Shown one piece after another: positions 18,718-28,472 of a stretch of 64,000 nt of DNA. A program made the position numbers and the translations under genes. Each line of letters begins with the position of its first letter. Position 1 is the first letter of the stretch. Source of the stretch: Campylobacteraceae bacterium (lineage in GTDB: Bacteria > Campylobacterota > Campylobacteria > Campylobacterales > Sulfurovaceae); NCBI GenBank assembly GCA_027100635.1, contig JAMOOQ010000051.1, positions 4,459 to 68,458 of the forward strand, in the 5' to 3' direction. Under the pieces are notes generated by a model that saw nothing but the letters and a program-made list of their open reading frames with translations, was not told where the DNA came from and ran no database searches.

Positions 18718-19425
18718 TTAGTGTTTTTTATGCCATTTCATTCCTGAGAATATAGCATCTATTGCACCCTCTTTTCCAAATACTGCATTATATATTGCCA
18801 TATAGATATGTCCCACAATAAAGAGTATTACCCCCCACATAGCAATATGATGTATCTCTCTTACCATTGCTAATCCACCAAAAGCAACTTCAAAGTATCT
18901 CATAGGAGAGTATAAAAATCCTCCTAGCCCATCGTGATATACATGTACATAGAGTATAAATCCAGTTAATATAAGAAAAAACATCATTACATAAAATCCA
19001 GCATAAGCCATAAACTGAATAGGATTATATACTCCACTAAGCTTTGGATGCTTTGAAACAAGAAGGTAATATCCTATCTGCTTCTTCCATATTTTTATAT
19101 TAAATACATCCTTAATTGCATCTCTCTCCATCTGATACTTTTGCCCATATAGAAACATAAAACTTTTGTAGAAAATAACATAAGTTAGAATAAATCCAAA
19201 TATAATATGCCAACTTCTAAACAGAGCATAAAGAAAATTATCTGGTTGTGCTGTTTGAACAGGTGATATAAATGGCACAGCTATATAAAAACCTGTTCCT
19301 ATTAGAACAACAATAGATATAGCCCGTATCCAGTGTTGCCATCTATATCCTGCACTGAACTCTAACTCTCTCTCTATCTCCTCTTTATGCTCTTCAATAC
19401 TATTCTCTTCTGATTTTGCCATCAT
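18718..19425 (-). CDS. hydC: Ni/Fe-hydrogenase b-type cytochrome subunit
   Basis: Four-TM protein with 'YRWQHWIRAISIV' and conserved His residues. I prefer the ATG at 19425 (AGGAGC upstream), which avoids the overlap with hydB given by the ORF-track start at 19518. Confidence 0.85.
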   Translation of the reverse strand: MMAKSEENSIEEHKEEIERELEFSAGYRWQHWIRAISIVVLIGTGFYIAVPFISPVQTAQPDNFLYALFRSWHIIFGFILTYVIFYKSFMFLYGQKYQMERDAIKDVFNIKIWKKQIGYYLLVSKHPKLSGVYNPIQFMAYAGFYVMMFFLILTGFILYVHVYHDGLGGFLYSPMRYFEVAFGGLAMVREIHHIAMWGVILFIVGHIYMAIYNAVFGKEGAIDAIFSGMKWHKKH

Positions 19426-19432
19426 TAGCTCC

Positions 19433-21169
19433 TTATACGCTACATACGCCACCATATAGTGGGTCAACTTTATATTCACTAAGCTTATTACCTTTAGTAT
19501 CCATAACATGAACAGCACAAGCTATACAAGGGTCATAAGAGTGTATTATTCTAATAATCTCCAAAGGTTGTGTAATATCTGCTATTTTTAATCCAACTAA
19601 ATCTGCCTCATAAGGTCCTTTTACACCTTTTGAATCTATTGGTCCAGCATTCCAAGTTGATGGAACAACGGCTTGATAATTTGACACAACGCCATTTTTA
19701 ATTCTAACCCAGTGACTAAGCATACCTCGTGGAACATCACCCATTCCAACACCTTTATACTCTTTATCTTTATCAATAGTATATGTGGCACAAGTCTCTT
19801 GGTCAACTTTTAAATTTTCAATCAAACTATCAAAAGCAATTAATCCATAGTCTGCAATAAGTTTAGCTTGAAGCATTCTTCCTGCTGTTCTTCCTAGTGT
19901 AGAGAATAGTGCAGAGGCAGGAATATCAGCTTTTCCAAGGAAGTCATCTACAATTTTAACAACTTTTTTATTCCCTTTTGCATAACTAACCAAAATACTT
20001 GCTAATGGTCCAACCTCCATTGGGTTGCCGTCATATCTAGGAGATTTAATCCAACTATATTTACCTTTAGGGTCTATATTTTTACTATGAATTATATTAC
20101 CATCTGGTCCAATACTCTCTCCATCTACAAATCCAGTATAGTTCCCCTCTGTTTTACCATCATAAGGGTGTAGAGGTTCATCATCTTTATACCAAGAGTG
20201 AGTTGCCTCTTCTGTTATTTTAGATATATCTAAATCAAATACTTTACTTAAATCACCATTCATAATGATACCACTATCAAATAGAGACTCATCTCTACTA
20301 ACTTTCATACTATCAAATGCCATAAAGTTTTTTACACCCATTGGCTTCATAACTGATGGCTCCGTTTTATACATTTTAGCAGCCATAAGAATATCTGCAT
20401 AGTATGCATTATGGACAAAATTCTGTACTTTTTTGAACTTAACCATAAATTCAGACATTCTAGCAGGGTCTAATATATCCATAACACAAGTAACTCCACC
20501 AACAACAAGACTTTGAGGGTGTGGATTTTTACCTCCAAATATAGCTTGCATTTGTGCTATTATTCTTTGCATCTCTAGTGCTTTAAGATAGTGTGCTAAG
20601 CCAATTAAATTTTGTTCTGGTGTTAGCTTATATGTGCTATGCCCCCAATATGCATTTGCAAATGGTCCTAATCCTTGGGGGTGAGATGCAAATTTTGCTA
20701 CTGTCTCTTTTACCTTTTTAAGCTCATTTACACCTGTACCTATAGGATTATCAGAATATTTAAATGCCTCTTTACTAGCTTTCTCTAAATCTGCATCTAA
20801 TGCCGATACAATATCAATCCAATCAACACCGTGAAGATGATAAAAGTGTACAACATGGTCGTGCAAAAATAGTGCTGCGTCCATAAGAGTTCTTACTAAC
20901 TCTGCATTATATGGTATTTTAATACCTAAAGCATCTTCCATTGCCATTGTGCTTTTAAGATAGTGTGAATATGTACAGACTCCACAAATTCTTTGCATAA
21001 TTAAAGGAACATTTCTAGGGTCTCTACCCTTTGCAATAACCTCTAATCCTCTCCATAGTGTAGATGATACAAAGGCATCTTCAACTACACCATCATCATT
21101 CACTATAACCTCTGCTCTTAAATGTCCCTCTATTCTTGTAATTGGGTCAACTACTACTCTTTTTGACAT
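19433..21169 (-). CDS. hydB: [NiFe]-hydrogenase large subunit
   Basis: 'RIEGH', 'RICGVCTYSH' and the C-terminal 'DPCIACAVH' Ni-binding motif. Confidence 0.95.
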   Translation of the reverse strand: MSKRVVVDPITRIEGHLRAEVIVNDDGVVEDAFVSSTLWRGLEVIAKGRDPRNVPLIMQRICGVCTYSHYLKSTMAMEDALGIKIPYNAELVRTLMDAALFLHDHVVHFYHLHGVDWIDIVSALDADLEKASKEAFKYSDNPIGTGVNELKKVKETVAKFASHPQGLGPFANAYWGHSTYKLTPEQNLIGLAHYLKALEMQRIIAQMQAIFGGKNPHPQSLVVGGVTCVMDILDPARMSEFMVKFKKVQNFVHNAYYADILMAAKMYKTEPSVMKPMGVKNFMAFDSMKVSRDESLFDSGIIMNGDLSKVFDLDISKITEEATHSWYKDDEPLHPYDGKTEGNYTGFVDGESIGPDGNIIHSKNIDPKGKYSWIKSPRYDGNPMEVGPLASILVSYAKGNKKVVKIVDDFLGKADIPASALFSTLGRTAGRMLQAKLIADYGLIAFDSLIENLKVDQETCATYTIDKDKEYKGVGMGDVPRGMLSHWVRIKNGVVSNYQAVVPSTWNAGPIDSKGVKGPYEADLVGLKIADITQPLEIIRIIHSYDPCIACAVHVMDTKGNKLSEYKVDPLYGGVCSV

Positions 21170-21182
21170 ATTCTATCTCCTC

Positions 21183-22355
21183 TTACTCTTTTGGATTTTT
21201 GTATGCTGAAATTGCTGCGTGTCCTGCGATACCAACTGCTGTTGCAGTAAGAAGTGTCAATCCAATTCTATCGGCTGTCGCATCTGCACCCATTCCACCA
21301 AATGTTGTATTGTATAGTTTATCTGATAGTGGTTCATTAACTGTTCCCATAGTATCCCAAAAGTCTGGTTCACTACAACCCATACAACCAAATCCAGCTT
21401 GAACTGGCCAAGATGTTCCTTGATTGAATTTTTGTTTTGAACAGTTATTAAATGTATAAGGTCCTTTACAACCAACTTTATAGAGACAATAACCATCTTT
21501 AGCACCTTCATCGCCAAACTGCTCCACAAATTCTCCAGCATCAAAGTGACCTCTTCTTTCACATAAGTCGTGAATTCTAAGTCTATATGCCCATTTGGGA
21601 CGGTTATATACATCAAGTGCAGGTAGTGTTCCATATAGAAGATAGTGCATTAGTGTACCAACAATATTTTTCTCACTAGGAGGACAACCTGGCACATTAA
21701 TAACAGTTCTATCTGTAACTTCACTAAGGGATACAGCATTAGATGGATTTGGAGAAGCAGCTTGTACTCCACCAAAAGCAGAACAAGTACCAATTGCAAA
21801 TATAACAGCAGCATTCTCAGAAGCCTCTTGAGCTGTCGCTTTACCAGTTTTTCCGTGTCCACCAATAGTTAAATAGTGTTCTGTATCGGCACTAGGGATA
21901 CCACCCTCTACCATTAAAATATATCTATCTTTATATTTTTTCATAGCATTTTCTAAATTCTCTTCAGCTTGCCAACCAGCAGCAGTCATAATTGTCTCTT
22001 GATACTCTAGCGATATATGGTCAAATATAAGACTATCAATAGTTGGATTAGCAGAACGAAGAAGAGATTCTGTACAACCTGTACACTCTGCCATATGTAG
22101 CCAAATGATAGGAAGTCTATCAGCTACTTTAATTGCATCTGCCATTAGTGGGGTAAATGTTGAGGGGAGAGATAGCATCGCAGTTATAGCACCTGCCCAC
22201 TTTAAGAAATCTCTTCTACCAAAACCACTCTCCTTAATAACATCTTCAATAGGTCTTTTTTCATCTATTTTAGGTAGATTTTCTAAGTATTCTATCCTAT
22301 CTTTAAATTTATTGTGAAGAGTATCATAACTCTCATCTATTCCATTTAGAACCAT
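21183..22355 (-). CDS. hydA: [NiFe]-hydrogenase small subunit with Tat signal
   Basis: Twin-arginine signal 'GRRDFLKWAG' and FeS cysteine clusters ('ECTGCTES', 'GCPP', 'CxxxxxxC'). Confidence 0.95.
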   Translation of the reverse strand: MVLNGIDESYDTLHNKFKDRIEYLENLPKIDEKRPIEDVIKESGFGRRDFLKWAGAITAMLSLPSTFTPLMADAIKVADRLPIIWLHMAECTGCTESLLRSANPTIDSLIFDHISLEYQETIMTAAGWQAEENLENAMKKYKDRYILMVEGGIPSADTEHYLTIGGHGKTGKATAQEASENAAVIFAIGTCSAFGGVQAASPNPSNAVSLSEVTDRTVINVPGCPPSEKNIVGTLMHYLLYGTLPALDVYNRPKWAYRLRIHDLCERRGHFDAGEFVEQFGDEGAKDGYCLYKVGCKGPYTFNNCSKQKFNQGTSWPVQAGFGCMGCSEPDFWDTMGTVNEPLSDKLYNTTFGGMGADATADRIGLTLLTATAVGIAGHAAISAYKNPKE

Positions 22356-22432
22356 TTTCTATCTCCTTATTGAATATTCATTCATATTTTAATAGGATTA
22401 GACTTAAATGTATATTAATATAGATTTATTAG

Positions 22433-22510
22433 TTTTGGACGAAATGGCTTTAGCCTCTCTCTAATATACGGAGCTAAAGCACCGCCGTGTCCAAAAGCAT
22501 AATAATCCTT
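22433..22510. repeat. Structured intergenic repeat, family 1 copy A
   Basis: Near-identical to 31926-31997. Outer stem TTTTGGAC/GTCCAAAA, inner stem GCTTTAGC/GCTAAAGC. Ends 33 nt 3' of the vWA gene stop. Confidence 0.75.
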
Positions 22511-22542
22511 ATTTCATTGACATTGGGATTGTACCCTAAATT

Positions 22543-24267
22543 TTAATATTGCCAATCATCTTTTTTTTGATTTAATATCTTATCTATTGAATCTCTATTT
22601 TTTGATATTATCTCTTCTAAAATTTCAAGTTCTTTATTTAAAGACCTATCATTAATTATATCCATCTCTTTTTTAAACTCTCTTTTAAATAGATTAAATA
22701 GTTTTTTATAGCCATTAGTTACTCTTAAGTTGCAAGATTTATATTCCCAGTTTTTAATATATCTAAAATATTTACTCTCTGATACAGGGTTAAAATAGTT
22801 ATAAGAATATATAGATTTGTTATTACATAATGCTCTGCTATCAGCCAACCAGTTTTTCATCAAAGATACAAAATTACTTATTAAAATAGCTTTTCTAATT
22901 CCATTATTATCATATTCAAGCCTATTTGAGAATTTTATTCTTTGAGAACTTTTATATCTTTTTCCATCTCTATTTTTATAGCTTACAGATAAACTAATAT
23001 CTTTTGACTCACCTATTTTCTTTAGTTTAAGTAAAACAACTCCACCTTTTACTTTTTTATTATTTGTTGCACTAGGAAAAAGGGTACCAATATCTATTAT
23101 ACTACCTGTTTTTTTATTTGCAACTGGTGAGCCATAAATATCTACTATCTTATATCCTCTACTTTTAAAATCAAGCTTTAAATCAAAAACCATGGGAGTT
23201 ACCATAAAATCAAACTCTTTATCTAGTCTTTTAGAAAACTCTTTGCTTGAGTGTACGCTATAATAATTTGCACCTTTTGTTTTGCTAACATATTCAACTA
23301 AATCTGTATTAAAATCAACTCCAACACCTATAAACGATGTATAAATCTCTTTTTTACTAGCTTTTTTTGCTAATCCAAACAGACCATCTTTACGAAGTTC
23401 ACCACGATTTGGCATTGCATCAGTGATAAAAATAATCCTATTTTCATAATCTTTACGAAGCTTTATACTATTAAATAGATTCATACCTTTTTGGTAACCA
23501 CCACTCCAATTTGTACCACCTTGATCTTTTATATTTAATATATGTTTTTTTATGGCTGCTATATTTGTATATTTTATTTTTCTAAGAGGTTTTGCTTTAT
23601 ATGCTCTATCGTCAAATAAAATAACTCCTAGCCTATCATCATTTTTTAAATGTCCTATCATATCAACAATAGCACGGTTAGCTATTTGCATCTTACTTTT
23701 AGAGCTATTACTACTTTTTTTATTCCCTTTTGAGTCATAATAATATTTCTCAAAACTACTGCCCATAGAACCAGATATATCTAAAACAACTACTATATTA
23801 AGTTTTTTTCTTTTAAAATCACTCTCTTTTATACCCGAATTTAAGCCAACCGTTAAAAAATATTCTTTCTCTTGTGTATATATATTTTCTGTAACAGCTT
23901 TTGAATAAGATGGACAAAACAGACCTTTACATCTTTTTTTAATTCCTGTATCAAAATAATGATTATAAAACTGCCCCTCATAAGTTATAGATGATAGTTT
24001 AGGAAGATAACCATTTTTAATATTATCATAAAAATTATTTGTATCTTTTGCACCACCTACAGAGAAGCCAATAGTAGGAGCAATATCCCCACCAGCACCC
24101 ACTTCCATAACAGGTGATGGAGAAATAACAGGAGATCGATTAAAAGTTTTATATCTTTTCATCTGCATTTTTGTTGCGTTATAATCCCAATCATCAATTT
24201 TTTTATCTTTAACTCCACCATTTAGTATCGCTATTGATACTATCAATCCTAATAATATATTTCTCAT
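22543..24267 (-). CDS. Secreted von Willebrand factor A domain protein (YfbK-like)
   Basis: Signal peptide and a vWA MIDAS motif 'VVVLDISGSMG'. 574 aa. Confidence 0.75.
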   Translation of the reverse strand: MRNILLGLIVSIAILNGGVKDKKIDDWDYNATKMQMKRYKTFNRSPVISPSPVMEVGAGGDIAPTIGFSVGGAKDTNNFYDNIKNGYLPKLSSITYEGQFYNHYFDTGIKKRCKGLFCPSYSKAVTENIYTQEKEYFLTVGLNSGIKESDFKRKKLNIVVVLDISGSMGSSFEKYYYDSKGNKKSSNSSKSKMQIANRAIVDMIGHLKNDDRLGVILFDDRAYKAKPLRKIKYTNIAAIKKHILNIKDQGGTNWSGGYQKGMNLFNSIKLRKDYENRIIFITDAMPNRGELRKDGLFGLAKKASKKEIYTSFIGVGVDFNTDLVEYVSKTKGANYYSVHSSKEFSKRLDKEFDFMVTPMVFDLKLDFKSRGYKIVDIYGSPVANKKTGSIIDIGTLFPSATNNKKVKGGVVLLKLKKIGESKDISLSVSYKNRDGKRYKSSQRIKFSNRLEYDNNGIRKAILISNFVSLMKNWLADSRALCNNKSIYSYNYFNPVSESKYFRYIKNWEYKSCNLRVTNGYKKLFNLFKREFKKEMDIINDRSLNKELEILEEIISKNRDSIDKILNQKKDDWQY

Positions 24268-24278
24268 TTTAACTCCTT

Positions 24279-25349
24279 TTAAAAGTTTCTATTTCCCATT
24301 GCAAAATCTCCTATCATCCCAAGAGCAGATCCCTCTCCTGCATCATGTCCACCTTGTTGAGGTGCTGCTGCATACATACGACTTGCTAATCTTGAAAATG
24401 GCAAAGATTGTATCCAAATTGTCCCTGGACCTTTTAGTGTTGCAAAAAAGAATCCTTCTCCTCCAAAAAATCCAGTTTTAATTCCACCTGCTTGAACAAT
24501 ATCAAATTCAATTTGAGGTTCCATTGCAACAAGACAACCTGTATCAAGATGTATTGTCTCTCCAGCCCCAAGAGTAATCTCCTTGAGCATCCCCCCTGCA
24601 TGAATAAATGCCATACCATCACCCTCTAGCTTTTGCATAATAAAGCCCTCACCACCAAATAGTGCTGTAAGAATCTTTTTTTGAAAAAATATTCCAATAG
24701 AAACACCTTTAGCAGCACATAAAAAACAATCTTTTTGACAAATAATAGTTCCACCAACCTCTTTTAAATCTACAGGTATAATTCTTCCTGGATAAGGTGC
24801 TGCAAATGCAACTTTGGCTTTTCCATATCCTTTATGGGTAAATACTGTGGTAAATAGGCTCTCACCTGTAATTAGTCTTTGTCCTGCTCCAACTAATCTA
24901 TCAAAAAAACCACCACTATCATTTCTGCTTCCTGATCCATCTCCAAAAACTGTATCCATCTCTATAGAACTATTTTTATACATCATACTTCCAGCTTCTG
25001 CAACAGCACTTTCATTTGGATCAAGCTCAATCTCTATATATTGAATATCTTCTCCAAAAATCTCATAATCAATCTCATCAGAATTATTTAATGAATAACT
25101 TTGAGTATTTTGTTGTTGATGTTGTTGATTTGTATTAGTTGGAGGGGCAGAACTATGGGGAGGACTATATGATACTACATTTTGTTCTCCAACTAAATCA
25201 GCTAAAGAATTTATTGGTTTCCAATCCTCCATCCCTTCTGTCCAAGCTACACCACGGGTATTTTGCTTTGCTAATAATTTTGCCTCTATCTTGCTAATTG
25301 GACCCATTTTTCTACCATCATCATATTCTATATGCCATTGATTTCTCAT
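24279..25349 (-). CDS. GYF_2 domain plus AIM24/DUF124 family protein
   Basis: N-terminal 'WHIEYDDGRKMGPIS...AWTEGMEDWKPI' (GYF-like), a Q/N-rich linker, and a C-terminal Gly-rich beta-repeat 'GEGFIMQKLEGDGMAFIHAGG...GGEGFFFATLKGPG'. Confidence 0.7.
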   Translation of the reverse strand: MRNQWHIEYDDGRKMGPISKIEAKLLAKQNTRGVAWTEGMEDWKPINSLADLVGEQNVVSYSPPHSSAPPTNTNQQHQQQNTQSYSLNNSDEIDYEIFGEDIQYIEIELDPNESAVAEAGSMMYKNSSIEMDTVFGDGSGSRNDSGGFFDRLVGAGQRLITGESLFTTVFTHKGYGKAKVAFAAPYPGRIIPVDLKEVGGTIICQKDCFLCAAKGVSIGIFFQKKILTALFGGEGFIMQKLEGDGMAFIHAGGMLKEITLGAGETIHLDTGCLVAMEPQIEFDIVQAGGIKTGFFGGEGFFFATLKGPGTIWIQSLPFSRLASRMYAAAPQQGGHDAGEGSALGMIGDFAMGNRNF

Positions 25350-25381
25350 AAATTTTCCTTTTTTAATTAAAATTATATTAT

Positions 25382-27901
25382 TTAAATACTTCTAAGATAT
25401 ATCTCAATATTTAATAGAAGTTTATCTAACTCTTTTGCATATTTATCTTCATATGTCACTAATTTTTCTGTTAGATTATACATAAATAGTTGATATATCT
25501 CCGTTATAAGTTTGTTCATATCTTCTGCACCAATTGCAGCACTCATACCTTTCATATCTATACATAAAGCCTTGACTTGTTGATATCTTTTCTCCTCTAT
25601 AAGATGATTAAATAGTTCTGAACTATCTTTAAAAATTTCTACAAACTCCTTAAGTATTTTAATATAAGCTTTTTCATTATCACCAGCTTTTTCAAGCCCC
25701 TCTTCAAGATTAAGAATATGAGGAACAGTATCAAAGATTGTACTAACAGAAGCTTTATATTTCATTTTCTCTTCATTCTCAACCACACTAGTTAAAAATC
25801 TTGAAAAAAGTGTATACAGGATTCCAACTTTAATAGGTTTTCTTAATAGTGCATTCATCCCACATTCTTGCATCTCATTTATCTCTCCACCAAGAGCAAC
25901 AATAGGAAGTTCATCAAATTTTCTATTTTGTCTAATTTTTCTACTAGCAGTATATCCATCTATTATCGGCATATCAATACCCATTAATACTAAGTCAAAC
26001 TCATTATAATATTTACTAAGCTCTTTTAATGCCTCTTCTCCATTATTTGCTACAACAACCACTATTCCAGAATATTCTAAAAGACCTAACATAATTCTTT
26101 GATTAATTTTATTATCTTGAACTAATAAGATTTTTGAATCTTTAAAGTCTCTAAATCGCTCTCTACCAACACCTATAGTTTCTGGTATCTCTTCTGTATA
26201 TACTTCCAATGAACTTTTTCTACTATCTTCTTTATCTAATAGTTTAGCAATTTCATCAGCAAAAATATCCTCTATCATATCTAAAACTATTGATGGCGTT
26301 ATTGGTTTTGGCATATATCTATCAATTAAGTCTGCTTTTAGAGCTTTTAAATCATCACTACTTTCATCTTCTAGATGTTCTCCAAGTAGATTATTAAGGG
26401 CAATCACTTTTAAGTCTGTTAAACCTTTGATATTTGCTAAAAATTCTATTATCTCTTGTGTTAATAACTTCTCATCAATTACTAGAAGTTCTGTTGCTGA
26501 AATCAGACTACTATTATCTTTAATTGCCGAACTAGATTGAATTGATACAGTATCTAAGAAAATTTTAAGAATATGTTGAGTTGCCCAAGATGCATTACTA
26601 TTTGAATCTAAAACCATTGTACTTTTTCCAGCAATTGCTTTTGGAAGATGTTTATATATTGTTTCAAGAGAATCAAAACTTTTATTTTCTATGGAGAAAA
26701 TATCAATAAGAGGGAAAGAAAATGTAAATATACTACCTTTCCCATAGACACTAGTTGCATCAATTTTACCATTCATTTTTATAATCAATTCTTTTGTTAT
26801 ATATAGACCCAAAGAGTTATTCTCTTCTGTTTTTTTAGTATTCTCATTTTCATCATAAGTAAATGCTTCAAATAGTTTATGTAACTTATGTTTTTGAATT
26901 CCAAGCCCTGTATCACTGATTCTAAATCTTATATTTTTAATTTTATTTTCATCTTCAAATAAAGAAATTTCAACCTTTACCTCACCTCTTGTTGTAAATT
27001 TAAGAGCATTTTCAAGCAAATTTATCAATATTTGCCTTATCCTACCTGCATCACCTACTAATATTTTAGGTATATTATCTGCTATATCATAAATAAAATC
27101 AATATTATTTTTATCGTTATATTTTTTACATATAATCTTGGCTGACTCATTCAGTAGATTACTTATATCAAAAGGCTCCTCTTTAAGAACTATTTTACCT
27201 GATTTTATTTTTAAAAATTCTATTAAATCATTAGTTGTCTCTAGTAGTGAACTATCAACCTCTCTAATACCGTTTAGTTTTTTATCAAAGGATGCTTTAT
27301 TTATCTTGGAAACAGGGGCATCTAAAATTTTGTCTCTCTCTTGAATCATATCTTTTGTTGAAACATCTATTTTCTCTCCAACAGAAGATAATAATTTTTT
27401 TTGATCTTCGGATAAACTATGATGCTTTTCAAACATCTCCTTTTGAATCTTTCTAATCCTTTTATTTTCTCTAAAACCGATATATAAAATAAGCATTATT
27501 AAAAAAGAGATCAAGCTAAATGCATACCATATATATTTTTCATTCTCTAATAAGGGAGTATCTATATTATTTATAATTTCATTTTTACCATATCTATATA
27601 TAAAAGCACTTGGATATGTTTTTTTTATTTTAATATAAAAAAGTGCAAGAGATGTATCTGTATAAAAAGGTTTTATCTCTAATATATACTTATTAAGCTC
27701 TTTAGTACTAGTAAGAGTTAATTTTTTACTTTTTTTTATCTGCAACATATCTTTATCAAATTTGATAATCTCTTTAATTTTACTTATCTCTTGTTGAGTA
27801 CCCTTTTTTGTTACATACTCACCAATAATAATAGAGCTTATACTCTGCTGTGCATTTAGATTTAATGATATTAAAAATATAATAAATAGTATCACTCTCA
27901 T
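25382..27901 (-). CDS. Hybrid sensor histidine kinase-like protein (periplasmic domain, TM, DHp-like, HATPase_c, REC, HPt-like) with degenerate phospho-sites
   Basis: N-box 'LINLLENALKFT', G1 'SDTGLGI', F 'LFEAFTY'. REC 'KILLVQDN...DLVLMGIDMP...PIVALGG...LRKPI'. HPt-like 'ALCIDMKGMSAAIGA'. Confidence 0.8.
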   Translation of the reverse strand: MRVILFIIFLISLNLNAQQSISSIIIGEYVTKKGTQQEISKIKEIIKFDKDMLQIKKSKKLTLTSTKELNKYILEIKPFYTDTSLALFYIKIKKTYPSAFIYRYGKNEIINNIDTPLLENEKYIWYAFSLISFLIMLILYIGFRENKRIRKIQKEMFEKHHSLSEDQKKLLSSVGEKIDVSTKDMIQERDKILDAPVSKINKASFDKKLNGIREVDSSLLETTNDLIEFLKIKSGKIVLKEEPFDISNLLNESAKIICKKYNDKNNIDFIYDIADNIPKILVGDAGRIRQILINLLENALKFTTRGEVKVEISLFEDENKIKNIRFRISDTGLGIQKHKLHKLFEAFTYDENENTKKTEENNSLGLYITKELIIKMNGKIDATSVYGKGSIFTFSFPLIDIFSIENKSFDSLETIYKHLPKAIAGKSTMVLDSNSNASWATQHILKIFLDTVSIQSSSAIKDNSSLISATELLVIDEKLLTQEIIEFLANIKGLTDLKVIALNNLLGEHLEDESSDDLKALKADLIDRYMPKPITPSIVLDMIEDIFADEIAKLLDKEDSRKSSLEVYTEEIPETIGVGRERFRDFKDSKILLVQDNKINQRIMLGLLEYSGIVVVVANNGEEALKELSKYYNEFDLVLMGIDMPIIDGYTASRKIRQNRKFDELPIVALGGEINEMQECGMNALLRKPIKVGILYTLFSRFLTSVVENEEKMKYKASVSTIFDTVPHILNLEEGLEKAGDNEKAYIKILKEFVEIFKDSSELFNHLIEEKRYQQVKALCIDMKGMSAAIGAEDMNKLITEIYQLFMYNLTEKLVTYEDKYAKELDKLLLNIEIYLRSI

Positions 27902-28437
27902 ACTTTATCCTTATCTTCTCGTTGTAAATTTTTTCCTATATCTTGTTCAATCTCCAATTGTTGATTAATTAATCGTTTTTGTGCTTTCATAAGTTTTCTC
28001 TTTTGACGAGAAGATAGAAAGAATAAAATACTAGATGTTAATATTAGAAATAATATTGCTATCAGTATAGGTATATCTTTTTTGGGAATATTACTTGTGT
28101 ATAAACGAAAAATATCTTTTTTACTCATAGATAATCTATCCAATTCTATTATAAAATTATCATAGTTTATTTCAAAAGCATCTGGATAATCTTTTTTTAT
28201 AGAGGTTATAATTGGTAAAAATCTATTTGTTGCTTTTGGTAGTTTGGCTATTACTAAATAATAATCAGAGATTTGTTTGACTGTTATAGTTAAATCTTTT
28301 AACTTAATTTTTGTAGCTATATTATTTGCTATCTCTAACTTTTCTGATGATGCTATTACAACTGCACTATACTCTTGCGAATATAGTGGTATAACAAAGA
28401 GGATCAACAAAAAGAAAAATAATTTTTTTATCATCAA
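27898..28437 (-). CDS. Membrane-anchored periplasmic protein, paralogous to the N-terminal domain of the downstream kinase
   Basis: Signal peptide, then 'YSAVVIASSEKLEIANNIA...YYLVIAKLP...IKKDYPDAFEI' (SPOR-like pattern), then a C-terminal TM. Compare 'SIIIGEYVTKKG...YILEIKPFY...IKKTYPSAFIY' in the 839-aa protein. Confidence 0.5.
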   Translation of the reverse strand: MMIKKLFFFLLILFVIPLYSQEYSAVVIASSEKLEIANNIATKIKLKDLTITVKQISDYYLVIAKLPKATNRFLPIITSIKKDYPDAFEINYDNFIIELDRLSMSKKDIFRLYTSNIPKKDIPILIAILFLILTSSILFFLSSRQKRKLMKAQKRLINQQLEIEQDIGKNLQREDKDKV

Positions 28438-28472
28438 CTCCTCCTAATAGTAGAGAATAAAACAGTATATCT

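Noticed and set aside
21257-21865. ORFs 21257..21634 and 21650..21865 (minus strand) and 21142..21402 (plus strand)
   Set aside because: These are alternative frames within or overlapping the well-supported hydA small-subunit gene, and their composition is low-complexity.
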